Shown one piece after another: positions 9,482 to 19,323 of a DNA stretch of 64,000 nucleotides (positions within the stretch are counted from its first letter, which is position 1; each line of letters begins with the position of its first letter). The notes under the pieces were generated by a model. That model ran no database searches, was not told where the DNA came from, and saw only the letters and a list, made by a program, of their open reading frames with translations. Position numbers and translations under genes: made by a program. Origin of the DNA: an uncultured Actinomycetota bacterium (GTDB lineage Bacteria; Actinomycetota; Thermoleophilia; RBG-16-64-13); assembly GCA_963843455.1 (NCBI GenBank), contig CAWJKE010000009.1, positions 3,691 through 67,690 of the forward strand, given 5' to 3'.

Positions 9482-11560
9482 CTAGATAGCGTTGCCTATC
9501 TTCCAGCCGGCCGAGGTGGCGTCGGGGATGAGGCCCGGCTCGTCGCAGTCGCCGATGGAGTAGACCTCGGGCACCTTGCCCTGCAGAGAGTCCTCCAAAT
9601 CGTGGTTGCCGGCGAAGGGCAGCGCGCATACCACGCTGTCGGCCTCGAGGGTCCGCTCCTCGCCCTCTTTTGTGACGAGAGTGAGGCCTTTGCCGGTGAT
9701 CTCGACGAGCTTGACGCCGGCGAGGCGCTCGACGCGCTTCTTATCGAACCAGTAGAACAGCCGGGTCCTGCGCTCGGGATACATCATCTTACCGAGCTCT
9801 TCATCGGTATCGACGATCGTGACTTTGCGTCCCCGTTTGGTGAGGAATTCGCCCAACTGGCAACCCTGGATGGCGCCGCCGATGATGACCACGGTCTTGC
9901 CCACCGGCATCCACACGGCGGTGAGATCGCGCAGGGTCTTGGGCCCGAGCAGGCGCAGGTAGAACTGCAGAGTGCCGTAGAGGTCGCTGCTCCTGACGAC
10001 GTTCTTGCCGTAGACACCAGGCACGTCCGGCAGCGTGGGCTTGCCCCCCGCGGCGATGATCACCACGTCGGGCTTGGCCGCTTCGATGGCGGCGGCGTCG
10101 ATCTCTTTGCCCAGATGGACGTCCACGCCGTACTGCTTCACCTGCCTGCGCAGGAACCAGATGACCTCACGCACGTCCTCGACCTTGAAGCCCTTGACCA
10201 TCGCCGCCAGCGCCATGGATCCGCCGAGGTACTTGCCCTTCTCCCACAGGCTGACGTCATGACCGCGCATGGCCGCCACCCGGGCGGCCTGCATGCCGGC
10301 CGGACCGCCCCCGATGACCAGGACCTTCTTCTTGGTGTCGAGGGGGGTCAAGTCGTAGGACTCGGTGCCAAAGCACGCGTTGATGCGGCAATGCCGGGGC
10401 ACGTTGTAGGTGCTGCTGCAGTGCCCGCATTTGGTGCAGGGCTGCACTTCGAGGGCCCGGCCGGTGCGCATCTTGTTGGGATACTCGGCGTCGGCGAACA
10501 GGCGGCGGTTGAAGCCGACAAAGTCCGTCTTACCCTCGGCTATGGCCTGGTCGGCGGTGGGCACGTCGAAGCCGCAGACCGTCATGACCGGGATGTTGAC
10601 CACTTTCTTGATCTCCGCCGCCAAGGGCAGGTTGCAGCGCATGCCGTAGTGGGTCCAATCCATTTCCTTGGGGAACTCGCTCAAGGGGATGTGCGGCTCG
10701 GGGTAGAAGAGGGTGTCGCTGAGGTACGAGCCCTGGTGCATGCCCACCCAATGTGAGCGCACGTGCAAGGAATCGGCCCCGCATTGCTCCCAGATCTGGG
10801 CTAGATGTTTGTTCTCCTCCAAGCTCAGGCCCTGGTCGCCCACGCCGAACTCGAGGCCGTTTATGAACACCTGGATGGCAAAGTCCGGTCCGGTCCGCTT
10901 GCGCACGGCCTCGATGACCTCGCGGACGAAGCGGGTGCGGTTCTCCCAGTTCTGCGGCCCGTACTCGTCGTCGCGCCGGTTCCAGAAGCGCGACAGGAAG
11001 GTGTCGAACAGGTGATCGGCGCCGGTGTGGATCTCGACGCCGTCGAAGCCACAGTCGGCCAACCGCCCGGCCGCAGCCGCGTAGTGCTCCACGTACCACT
11101 GGATGTCTTCCTTGCTGAGCTGCTCCGGCGGTTCGTCCTCGTGTACGTCGAAGATGGAGGGGAATGTCACCGGGGAGGCAGCTATGCGCCTGGCGATGGT
11201 GTGATAGATGCCGCCCCAGGGGCCGCGGTGATAGAACTGCATGAAGCAGGGGGTACCGGCGGCGTGGATGGTCTTGGCCAGGTCCTCGATGTCCTTGAGG
11301 TACTTGTCGTCGTCCACCCGCAGGCGGCGGTCGCCCTCATCGGCCAGCGGCCACTCCATGGCCGGGGTCTCGACGATGATCAGGCCGATCCCTCCCTTGG
11401 CCACCGCTCCGTAGAAGGCCTTGGCAATGGGGCCGAAACGGCGCTCGCCCGAATCGAAGAGATAGGTCTGAGCCGCGGTCTTGGCCATGCGGTTCTTGAG
11501 TTGGACCTTGCCGATGCTTATCGGCGAGAATAAGTGGTCGTAGCTTGGCTGCGCCATCAC
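9482..11560 (-). CDS. NADH:flavin oxidoreductase (OYE + 4Fe-4S + FAD domain)
   Basis: LFSPISIGKVQLKNR, HTGADHL, RRDDEYG..WENRTRF, CTKCGHC..CRINA, VIGGGPAGMQAA. Confidence 0.9.
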   Translation of the reverse strand: MMAQPSYDHLFSPISIGKVQLKNRMAKTAAQTYLFDSGERRFGPIAKAFYGAVAKGGIGLIIVETPAMEWPLADEGDRRLRVDDDKYLKDIEDLAKTIHAAGTPCFMQFYHRGPWGGIYHTIARRIAASPVTFPSIFDVHEDEPPEQLSKEDIQWYVEHYAAAAGRLADCGFDGVEIHTGADHLFDTFLSRFWNRRDDEYGPQNWENRTRFVREVIEAVRKRTGPDFAIQVFINGLEFGVGDQGLSLEENKHLAQIWEQCGADSLHVRSHWVGMHQGSYLSDTLFYPEPHIPLSEFPKEMDWTHYGMRCNLPLAAEIKKVVNIPVMTVCGFDVPTADQAIAEGKTDFVGFNRRLFADAEYPNKMRTGRALEVQPCTKCGHCSSTYNVPRHCRINACFGTESYDLTPLDTKKKVLVIGGGPAGMQAARVAAMRGHDVSLWEKGKYLGGSMALAAMVKGFKVEDVREVIWFLRRQVKQYGVDVHLGKEIDAAAIEAAKPDVVIIAAGGKPTLPDVPGVYGKNVVRSSDLYGTLQFYLRLLGPKTLRDLTAVWMPVGKTVVIIGGAIQGCQLGEFLTKRGRKVTIVDTDEELGKMMYPERRTRLFYWFDKKRVERLAGVKLVEITGKGLTLVTKEGEERTLEADSVVCALPFAGNHDLEDSLQGKVPEVYSIGDCDEPGLIPDATSAGWKIGNAI

Positions 11561-11591
11561 TGCCCCCCAGGTCTTGCGTCAGTTACACGGA

Positions 11592-11623
11592 CGCCGCGGG
11601 GCGGCGAAAGCCGCCCCGCGGCG
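11592..11623 (-). terminator. 14-bp GC hairpin between the AthB-like and OYE genes
   Basis: CGCCGCGGGGCGGC-gaaa-GCCGCCCCGCGGCG; no U-tract, so it may be a stabiliser or processing hairpin. Confidence 0.5.
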
Positions 11624-11650
11624 CAAGGATCTGCCCCGCACATGGATATT

Positions 11651-12472
11651 CTACTTCAGCGGGATGTCTCCGAGGTTGATATCGAGCTCGGTGGTGTCCA
11701 GACCGGTGAATGACAGCACCTTGTCGCCGGACTTGAGCTCCAGGTCGTACACGCCGCCGTCGATCCCCTCGAACCAGAAATCGCCGTAGTTGTCGGTCTG
11801 GGTGCTGAGCAGTCTGCCGTCGGCGCTCTTGAGGGTGGCCGCCGCCCCGATGACGACCTCTTCTTCCACCGGCTCGTACAGCGTGCCGGCGATGAACTTC
11901 TTGGGCAGATTGAGGTAGTGCACCCGCGGCTTCACTTCGTCTTTCAACTCCGGCTTCCACACCTCGCTCTTGGCGATGAGTTCCTGGGCCTCGTCCTCAT
12001 CCAGGAACAGAATGGCATTGGTGGGGCAGGCGTCGGCGCAGCGAGGCTCGGCCCAACCATCGTCCAGGAGGTGGGCGCAACCTGTGCACTTCTGCGCCAG
12101 GTTGAGGTCCTCGTTGAAGAAGATCACGTCGTACGGGCAGGCGTCCACACAGAGGCGGCAACCGGTGCACTTCTGCGTGTCGATGATCACCATGCCGTCT
12201 TCACGTTTGTACAGAGCGCCTTCGACCGGGCACGCCTCGATGCAGGGGGCTTGGTCGCAGTGCATGCAGAGGTGAGGCCGGTAGGCGACTTTCACCTTGG
12301 GCACGGTACCGCGCACCCTCTCGGTGAGCTCCAGCCAGAACTGCCCGATGTCGGGCTGCGGCTTGGCGATGGGCGACCAGTCGTTGCCTACGTGCTCGTC
12401 CTTGCAGACGATCTGGCAGTTATGGCAACCGTTGCACCGGGCGATGTCGATGACGAAGACCTTCTTTGCCAT
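11651..12472 (-). CDS. Fe-S small subunit, pyrogallol hydroxytransferase beta (AthB)-like
   Basis: FVIDIARCNGCHNC..CKDEH, four 4-Cys blocks, CAHLLDDGW.EPRC, C-terminal beta domain TDNYGDFWF; similar to my recollection of Pelobacter AthB. Confidence 0.85.
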   Translation of the reverse strand: MAKKVFVIDIARCNGCHNCQIVCKDEHVGNDWSPIAKPQPDIGQFWLELTERVRGTVPKVKVAYRPHLCMHCDQAPCIEACPVEGALYKREDGMVIIDTQKCTGCRLCVDACPYDVIFFNEDLNLAQKCTGCAHLLDDGWAEPRCADACPTNAILFLDEDEAQELIAKSEVWKPELKDEVKPRVHYLNLPKKFIAGTLYEPVEEEVVIGAAATLKSADGRLLSTQTDNYGDFWFEGIDGGVYDLELKSGDKVLSFTGLDTTELDINLGDIPLK

Positions 12473-12474
12473 GA

Positions 12475-15129
12475 CTACCTCCCCTCCGTTATCCAGCTAC
12501 TGAACCGCAGTCCGGAGGCCGGGTCGTAGTCACGGGCGAAGGCTTCGGGATACTTGGCCATCCACTCTTCCATCTGCGCCATGCTGACCTTTTCCACATC
12601 GGCTAGATAGCCGCTCGTGGCCTGGCCACCGGCGTGCTTGGAGGTCAGTCCTTTGGGCGAGATCACGTTGATGGCGCCACCGCGCTCCAGAGTGAAGTTC
12701 TCGTCGATGAAGTCGGCCCGGGCTCCGTGGTCCACGGAGATGACGCCGGGCATGATGCGTTCCCACACAAGGGCGCCGCAGAGAACGCTACCGCGCTCGT
12801 TGAAGACCCGCACGATGTCGCCGTTCTTGATGCCCCGGGCCTCCGCATCGCCGGTGTGCATCCAGCAGGGCTCGTACCAGTAACCGTCCCAGCCTCTGAT
12901 CTTGCCGGTGACCGTCTCTTTGGTCCACGAGATGTCGTCGGCCTGGGCGTGGGTCCTCCAGCGGCCATGGTTCGACATGACCAGCAGCGGGTAGACCCGG
13001 GCGCGCACGCTCGAGATGCGCTCGTCGTGAGTGATGCCCTTCTCGATCCACTTCGGGATCCCCGCCCGTTCTTCGTCGTTGGGGAAGGCTTTCTCCAGGC
13101 TCTCCGACCAGAACTCCAGCTTGCCGGTGGGTGTGGGGATCGGGTTGGCCACCGGGTCTTTCCAGAAGTCATAGAGACCGGCCGGCCATTTCTCCCAGTC
13201 GGGAGCTACGGGGAGGACCGTGTACTGCTTCTCTACGAACTCCTCCCACGGTGTGACCGTGTCGAACTTCATGCCCACATAGGTGCCCTTGACGAGATCC
13301 TCGTCGGAGAAGCCCTCGGTGACCAGCTCCTTCACACCCATCTTCTCGGCCACGGCGACGACCACGTGGTAGTCGGTCCGCGCCTCACCGACCGGATCGA
13401 TGGCCCGGTTCATGAGGATGACGCTCTGGAAGCTGTCGCCCTCGCGGATGCAGGGGGAGATGTCGTCGCACTCGAGCGTCGTGGTCACGGGGAAGATGAT
13501 GTCTGCGGCCAGGACATCGTTCTCGAGCCAGGGATGCTGGGCGACCACGCACTCGATCTTCGGGTTGCGGAAGCCCTCCATGACCTCTCCGCCGCCGCCC
13601 CAGCAGGTGCACCGGCAGGGGGTGTCGGTCCACATCATGTGGATCTCCGTGCCGCCCTTTTCCTTCTCGATGGGGTACTCATAGCGCCGGTACTGGTCGG
13701 AAGTCGGTTCCTCGTGGCCGCCGGTACCCCAGAACTCCACTTTTCCGTCGCGGATGGCCTCCTCGATGAGGACCTTGGGGATCATCTGTTTGCCCCAAGC
13801 GGTCGGAGTGCCGCGGTGGGGTTTGAGCAAGCGCTCGCCGTAGGGCTGGTTGTTCAGGTTGGCGAACGGGCCCATGTGATCCGCGCCGCCGGTGATGACG
13901 TTCTTCGGCATGCCCGTGTAGGCGATCTGCGCCTGATGAACGCCCGGTTTGCCGAGGCCCTGCATGCCGAGCAGGACACACTCGAGGCGGGCGGGCTCGG
14001 TGGAGTACGGGCCGCGGGCCATGCCCCCGCCGAAGTAATGCCCGATGGTGACGATCTGCTTGGCCCAGTCGCGGGCCAGAGCCTTGATGGTCCATACCGG
14101 CACGCCGCACTTGGGCGACGCCCACTGCGGGGTCTTGGCAACGCCGTCTTCTTCACCCAGGACGTAGGCCTTCATCTTGTCGAAGCCCACCGTGTGGGTG
14201 GCGACGTATTCCTTGTCGTACGTGCCCTCGGTGATCCACTGGTACATGATGGCCAACTGGAGGGCGGCGTCGGTGTTGGGGAGGATCGGAATCCACTTGT
14301 CGGCATGGATGGCTGCGGCGTAGTTGAGGTCGGGGTTGATGTAGACCTGCTTGATGCCGATCTCGCTCCAGAAGTAGAGGAGCCGGCTGGCGAACTGTCC
14401 GCGGAAGCCCCAGGTGGTGGTCTCCGGGTCGCCGCCCCAGACCACGACCATGTCGCTGTTCTCGCAGATGTCTTTCACGATGTTGTCGTTGGGGGCCATC
14501 ATCCCGATGAAGCCCTTGCCCCACACGTGCTTGGAGCCCCAGTACCAGCCTTCCCAGCTGTCGGGGTTGCGGATCTGCTGGGTGAAGCCACCCAATTTGT
14601 CGAGGAGGAGGGTGGAGCAGCCGTGGGGCGCGTGCACCATCTTGCACTCGCCGTGTCCGTCGCCCTGCACCAGGATGGCCAGGGGTCCATAGGTGTCGCA
14701 GATGCGCTTGACCTCGTCGGCGACGTACTGCGCCGCCTCATCCCAGGAGATGCGGACGTACTTGCTCGTGCCCCGGTTCTGCGGGTTCCTGTCGCCCTTC
14801 GGGTCCCAGTCCACTCGCTTGAGAGGGTAATTGACCCGGTTAGGCGAGTAGGCCCGCTTCTTGTAGGCGAGGCTCCAGGGGGCCGGCACCGACTTGAAAT
14901 ACGGCTCCAGGGTCTTGCCGTTCTTCTCGATCTTCCAGGAGTTGAACGTCTCCGGATCGTAGGCCGAATCCCAGTGGAGCGGCCGGATGCGGATGATCTT
15001 GCCGTCCTTGACGTCCACGGCACACGGGCTGGCGCCGAAGATGCCACCGCTCAGCCCGAGCGCCTTATGGACCGTCTTGTCGGCCCCGGTCGCCTTAGCT
15101 GTGGGCGGCTTGTATTTCTCTAATGCCAT
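12475..15129 (-). CDS. Molybdopterin enzyme large subunit, pyrogallol hydroxytransferase alpha (AthL)-like
   Basis: VKDGKIIRIRP, NPDSWEGWYWG (Ser Mo ligand), TPTGKLEF, NHGRWRTHAQ; no N-terminal Fe-S motif, no Tat signal. Confidence 0.88.
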   Translation of the reverse strand: MALEKYKPPTAKATGADKTVHKALGLSGGIFGASPCAVDVKDGKIIRIRPLHWDSAYDPETFNSWKIEKNGKTLEPYFKSVPAPWSLAYKKRAYSPNRVNYPLKRVDWDPKGDRNPQNRGTSKYVRISWDEAAQYVADEVKRICDTYGPLAILVQGDGHGECKMVHAPHGCSTLLLDKLGGFTQQIRNPDSWEGWYWGSKHVWGKGFIGMMAPNDNIVKDICENSDMVVVWGGDPETTTWGFRGQFASRLLYFWSEIGIKQVYINPDLNYAAAIHADKWIPILPNTDAALQLAIMYQWITEGTYDKEYVATHTVGFDKMKAYVLGEEDGVAKTPQWASPKCGVPVWTIKALARDWAKQIVTIGHYFGGGMARGPYSTEPARLECVLLGMQGLGKPGVHQAQIAYTGMPKNVITGGADHMGPFANLNNQPYGERLLKPHRGTPTAWGKQMIPKVLIEEAIRDGKVEFWGTGGHEEPTSDQYRRYEYPIEKEKGGTEIHMMWTDTPCRCTCWGGGGEVMEGFRNPKIECVVAQHPWLENDVLAADIIFPVTTTLECDDISPCIREGDSFQSVILMNRAIDPVGEARTDYHVVVAVAEKMGVKELVTEGFSDEDLVKGTYVGMKFDTVTPWEEFVEKQYTVLPVAPDWEKWPAGLYDFWKDPVANPIPTPTGKLEFWSESLEKAFPNDEERAGIPKWIEKGITHDERISSVRARVYPLLVMSNHGRWRTHAQADDISWTKETVTGKIRGWDGYWYEPCWMHTGDAEARGIKNGDIVRVFNERGSVLCGALVWERIMPGVISVDHGARADFIDENFTLERGGAINVISPKGLTSKHAGGQATSGYLADVEKVSMAQMEEWMAKYPEAFARDYDPASGLRFSSWITEGR

Positions 15130-15259
15130 TCGGTTCGCCTCCTCATTCTCATGGACAAGTTCTTACTATACGCCAAGCAGTCTGGCGGCGAGATGCCTTC
15201 CCTCCGTGACTAGCATGTTAATGCAGGCAAAAGCTGCGGGAGCTATTCGGCCCAACATT

Positions 15260-16495
15260 TCATGGTTGGCTTGAAGTATGACCGGACCGCATGGCAGCCG
15301 GACCGCGTTCCCGGAGGAAGAGAGAAGCTACGGCGCCGGCGCCGAAAACAGCCGCGGACAGCGCATAGGACGGTGCCAAAGACGAGAAGATGTCTTCGAG
15401 GGCGCCGCCGACGTACGGCCCCAGCATCTGTCCCATGCCGACAAAGACGGTGACAAACCCGAGGGAGGCCGCGGCTAAACGGGCGCCGAAGTGGTCGCCG
15501 CACGCGGCTCCGAAGAGGGCCGGGACGCTCAGGGCGCAGATGCCGAACACAGCGGATGCAATCGCCAGCGCCGCGAGGTTGTGCCAGAGTGCAAAGACCA
15601 GAGCAACGGCCGCCTGAACGGCGAAGACGGCGGCGAGCGCCCGGCCTCTCCCTACGCTGTCCGAGAGCCGCCCCCACAAGACTCCGGAGACGCACCCTGT
15701 CACGCCGACCACCAGGAAGAGGTTCCCGGCAGTCTCGCTGCTGTACCCCAAGTCGACGGTCAGTCGCTTCTGGAAGAACGTGAAGAAGAGGAGGAAGGCG
15801 AAGCCGTAGAGGAAGTACAGGAGCCCCAGGAGCCAGGCGCGGCGCGAGCGGACGATGCTGCGCATGTCCGACCATTTCAGCTTCGCGATGACCGTGGCCC
15901 GGTCGGCGTAGGGCCGGTCGCGCTGGACGATGAAGGCGACCGCGGCGATCACCAAAGTGACGGCGGCGAAGAAGTACCAGGCGGCCCGCCACCCGTCGTC
16001 GCCCCCCGCTTCGATGATCCTCGGGACTATCGGTCCCACGACGAGAAGGGCGAACGAGGAACCGGCGGGGACTATGCCGGAGGCCGTCCCCAATCTCCTG
16101 GACTCGAACCAGGCGGCCATCAGCGCCAGAGAGGGGGCCAGGACCATCGCGTTCCCCATGCCGGTGACGAAACGCCCGGCCGAAGCCACGGCCAGACCGT
16201 CGGCAACCCCGGTGAGCAACATCCCCGCGGCGGTGATGATCAGCCCCAGGCCGGCGATGAGCCGAGGACCGAACCGGGAGGCCAGGATTCCTCCGATCAG
16301 GGCCATTATCGTGTAGCCGGCCTGGTTCCAGGAGGCCAGCGAACCGGCTTCGGCGCTCGTCAGCCCGAGGGCCTCCTGCATCGACGGCAGCACCGCGCTG
16401 TATCCAAAGCGTCCGAAGCCGATGGCCGCGAAGACCGAGACAAAGGCCATGCCCGCGACCACCCACCGATAACGGGAATCACGGGTCAGCCGCAT
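15260..16495 (-). CDS. MFS transporter (YbfB/YjiJ-like)
   Basis: 12 TM pattern, GFGRFGYSAVLPSM, GRLSDSVGR loop motif. Confidence 0.85.
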   Translation of the reverse strand: MRLTRDSRYRWVVAGMAFVSVFAAIGFGRFGYSAVLPSMQEALGLTSAEAGSLASWNQAGYTIMALIGGILASRFGPRLIAGLGLIITAAGMLLTGVADGLAVASAGRFVTGMGNAMVLAPSLALMAAWFESRRLGTASGIVPAGSSFALLVVGPIVPRIIEAGGDDGWRAAWYFFAAVTLVIAAVAFIVQRDRPYADRATVIAKLKWSDMRSIVRSRRAWLLGLLYFLYGFAFLLFFTFFQKRLTVDLGYSSETAGNLFLVVGVTGCVSGVLWGRLSDSVGRGRALAAVFAVQAAVALVFALWHNLAALAIASAVFGICALSVPALFGAACGDHFGARLAAASLGFVTVFVGMGQMLGPYVGGALEDIFSSLAPSYALSAAVFGAGAVASLFLRERGPAAMRSGHTSSQP

Positions 16496-16511
16496 GGGGT
16501 CGCCCAGGTGG

Positions 16512-17783
16512 TCAGCGCACGCCTCGCCGCTTGGGAAGTTCGGGGAGCGCGACTTCCGAATCTCCGTCGGACTCCGCCGAGCCTCGAGGGAGGAGCAGCG
16601 CGGCGCCGGCGGCTGCCACGAAGACTGCGCCAGAGAAGAAGTACGAGGGCGCCAGCGATGAGAAGGCGTCGTTCATCGCTCCGCCGATCAGCGGGCCGAT
16701 GGCTTGTCCGGCACCCACAAGGATAGTGATGAGCCCCAAAGAGGCGGAAGCGCGCTTGGGCCCGAACCGTTCGGCGCAGGCGACGCCCATGAGGCCTGGG
16801 AACGCAAGCCCCGTCGAACCGAAAAGGACTGCCGAGAGCGCCAGCACGGGTAGGCGGATTCCGGTCCCGAACAGGAAGCCGCCGATACCGGCGAGGAACA
16901 GGGTGAGGGCGAGAGTGCGCTCCCGGCCAAAACGGTCCGATGCCGATCCCCAGATCATCCCGCCGGCCAGGCCGGCGATCCCTACGAGCATGAAGAGGTA
17001 GCCGGCGGTCTGGGTGCTGTATCCCAGGTCTGTCGTAAGGCGCTTCTGGAAGAAGGTGAAGTAGAGCAGGAACGCGACGCCGTAGAGCAGGTAGACGGCG
17101 CCCAAGTGCCAGGCGTATCCGGAACGGATGACGCCTCCCAGGTGAAAGGAGGGTGGGCTGAGCTGGGCCCGGATGGCCGGAGGTGCCCACTTGTCGATGA
17201 CTATCTCGTCGCTCTCGACGATGGGCTTTGCCGGCCGGTCGCGTTGGATGATCGCGCTGAACGCGGCGAGCAAGATCGTGACTCCGGCGAAGAAGAACCA
17301 GGCGAGCCGCCATCCCTCGGCTCCGCCCGCGTGCAGGATGGGCGGCACCGCCAGGCCGACAACGACCAGAGCGAGCGACGAACCGGTCGGTACGACGGCC
17401 GAAGCAAGGCCCAGGCGATGGGTCTTGAACCACGCGGCCATGAGGCTGATGGACGGGACCAGTACCAGCCCGTTCCCCATCCCTGTCAGCAGCCGCGCGG
17501 CGGACGCTCCCGCGAGTGTGTTCGACAGGCCCGTGATGAGCATCCCCGCCGCGGTGACCACTACGCCCAGCGTGATCACTCTACGTGGTCCCCACCGGGA
17601 AGCAAGCACTCCGCCCACGGCCGACATGACGGTGTAGCCGACCAGGTTCCAGGATGCCAACGATCCTGCCGCCGCACTGCTGATGTTCAGGCCTTTCTGC
17701 ATGGAGGGCAGCACGGCGCTATAGCCGAAGCGGCCGAATCCCAGGGCTCCGAAAACACCCATGAACGCCATGCCGAGGACCAC
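16512..17783 (-). CDS. MFS transporter (YbfB/YjiJ-like), paralog of the adjacent gene
   Basis: GFGRFGYSAVLPSMQ, GSASDRFGR; start codon uncertain. Confidence 0.85.
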   Translation of the reverse strand: MVLGMAFMGVFGALGFGRFGYSAVLPSMQKGLNISSAAAGSLASWNLVGYTVMSAVGGVLASRWGPRRVITLGVVVTAAGMLITGLSNTLAGASAARLLTGMGNGLVLVPSISLMAAWFKTHRLGLASAVVPTGSSLALVVVGLAVPPILHAGGAEGWRLAWFFFAGVTILLAAFSAIIQRDRPAKPIVESDEIVIDKWAPPAIRAQLSPPSFHLGGVIRSGYAWHLGAVYLLYGVAFLLYFTFFQKRLTTDLGYSTQTAGYLFMLVGIAGLAGGMIWGSASDRFGRERTLALTLFLAGIGGFLFGTGIRLPVLALSAVLFGSTGLAFPGLMGVACAERFGPKRASASLGLITILVGAGQAIGPLIGGAMNDAFSSLAPSYFFSGAVFVAAAGAALLLPRGSAESDGDSEVALPELPKRRGVR

Positions 17784-17833
17784 CCACCGATAAGCGGGAC
17801 GCTGTGAGCGAGACGGCTGTACCGCGCGGCCTC

Positions 17834-18598
17834 TCAGATGTTCATGCCGCCGTCCGCCATGAAGACGCTCCCGGTAGAGAAACTGCTCGCGTCGGAGGCC
17901 AGGAACAGCACCATCCGGGCCACCTCCGACGCTCGGCCGTGCCTGCCGAGAGGGATGATTCCGTTGAGGAATTCCGTCCCATTCTGGCCGACGATCTCGG
18001 TGAGCCGCTCCTCTATCTGAGTCTGGAACTCGTTCTCAATGGGGCCGGGAGCAAAGACGTTCACCCGTATATTCCGCGGCGCCGCTTCTTTTGCGACTAC
18101 CCGCGCCAGCCCGATGAGCGCGTGCTTCGACGTCGCGTAGGCGCAGACGCCCGGGTCGGCCCTGGTGCCCATGATGCTCGAGGTGATGATGATGCTGCCG
18201 CCGTCGTTCATGAGCGGCAGTCCATACTTGCATGCGAGGAAAGAGCCCCTGATATTCGTCGCGATGACAGCGTCGAACACGTCCTCCGGGTACTCGGTGA
18301 CCGGCTTGATGACGCCGGAGATGCCGGCATGGCTGAAGATGACGTCGATGTTGCCCCAGTTCGCGACCGCCCGGTCGAGATACTTGCGGGTTTCCGCTGC
18401 GTCGGCGACGTCGGCCGAGATGCTATCGAGCACATCTGCCCCGGCGTTCAGTGACGCGGCCGCCCAGGCCAACTTCTCCGAGCTCCGACCAACAAGCAGC
18501 ACCCGCGCCCCCTCTTCCAGGAGCGCCTGCGCGGCCGCCAGGCCGATGCTGCCTCCGCCGCCGGTGACGACACAGACCTTTCCCTTCATGATGCCCAT
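17834..18598 (-). CDS. Short-chain dehydrogenase/reductase
   Basis: TGGGGSIG, YATSK, RVNVFAPG, FLASD; RBS GAAGGAGG before ATG 18598. Confidence 0.9.
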   Translation of the reverse strand: MGIMKGKVCVVTGGGGSIGLAAAQALLEEGARVLLVGRSSEKLAWAAASLNAGADVLDSISADVADAAETRKYLDRAVANWGNIDVIFSHAGISGVIKPVTEYPEDVFDAVIATNIRGSFLACKYGLPLMNDGGSIIITSSIMGTRADPGVCAYATSKHALIGLARVVAKEAAPRNIRVNVFAPGPIENEFQTQIEERLTEIVGQNGTEFLNGIIPLGRHGRASEVARMVLFLASDASSFSTGSVFMADGGMNI

Positions 18599-18726
18599 GC
18601 GTCCTCCTTCAGTTCCCGTACTTGCCCCCGGTCCTTCGCATGCGGCCATGATACAGCCCTTAACTTGCCGGAGACCCCTCAGAGAGCCGGCGCGGCAGCC
18701 GGGTGCGGCTGTGTTACATTCGACTG

Positions 18727-19323
18727 ATGAAGCCAAGACGTTGCGCCTGGGTGGGCACCGACCCCCTCTATGTCGCGTATCACGACGAGGAATGGGGGGT
18801 GCCGGTGCACGACGACCGGCTGCTCTTTGAATTCCTCGTGCTCGAAGGCGCTCAGGCGGGGCTGAGTTGGCTCACTATCCTCCGCAAACGGGAGGGCTAC
18901 CGACGTGCATTCGCGGGTTTCGACCCGGCCGTCGTCGCCGCCTTCGGCCCCGCGGATATCGAGCGTTTGCTCGCCGATGCCGGCATAGTCCGCAATCGTC
19001 TCAAGATAGGGTCGGCCGTCGCCAACGCCCAGGCCTTTCTGCAGGTGCAGGCGGAGTTCGGGAGTTTCGACGCCTACGTTTGGGGATTCGTGGATGGCTC
19101 GACTCTCCACAACGAGTGGCGCACCATGGCCGAGATCCCTGCGAAGACTGCCGAGGCCGAGCGCATGAGCAGTGACCTCAAAAAGCGGGGATTCCGGTTC
19201 GTCGGTCCCACCATCTGCTATGCGCACATGCAAGCCACCGGCATGGTGAACGATCATACCGTCGACTGCTTTCGATACCAGGAATTGAGGCCCGGCCACC
19301 TGCTTCAAGGAGGAGATCGATGA
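18727..19323 (+). CDS. tag: DNA-3-methyladenine glycosylase I
   Basis: [46 protein letters not shown]. Confidence 0.95.
   Translation: MKPRRCAWVGTDPLYVAYHDEEWGVPVHDDRLLFEFLVLEGAQAGLSWLTILRKREGYRRAFAGFDPAVVAAFGPADIERLLADAGIVRNRLKIGSAVANAQAFLQVQAEFGSFDAYVWGFVDGSTLHNEWRTMAEIPAKTAEAERMSSDLKKRGFRFVGPTICYAHMQATGMVNDHTVDCFRYQELRPGHLLQGGDR

Noticed and set aside
12634-15123. 829-aa + strand ORF, and similar long antisense ORFs (4952-7081, 9341-10756, 31424-32878, 34018-35559, 60501-62084)
   Set aside because: Shadow ORFs opposite well-supported genes; expected in high-GC DNA and no recognisable motifs
15200-15230. GCAT-gtta-ATGC mini-palindrome near the AthL-like promoter
   Set aside because: Only 4-bp arms; not distinguishable from chance
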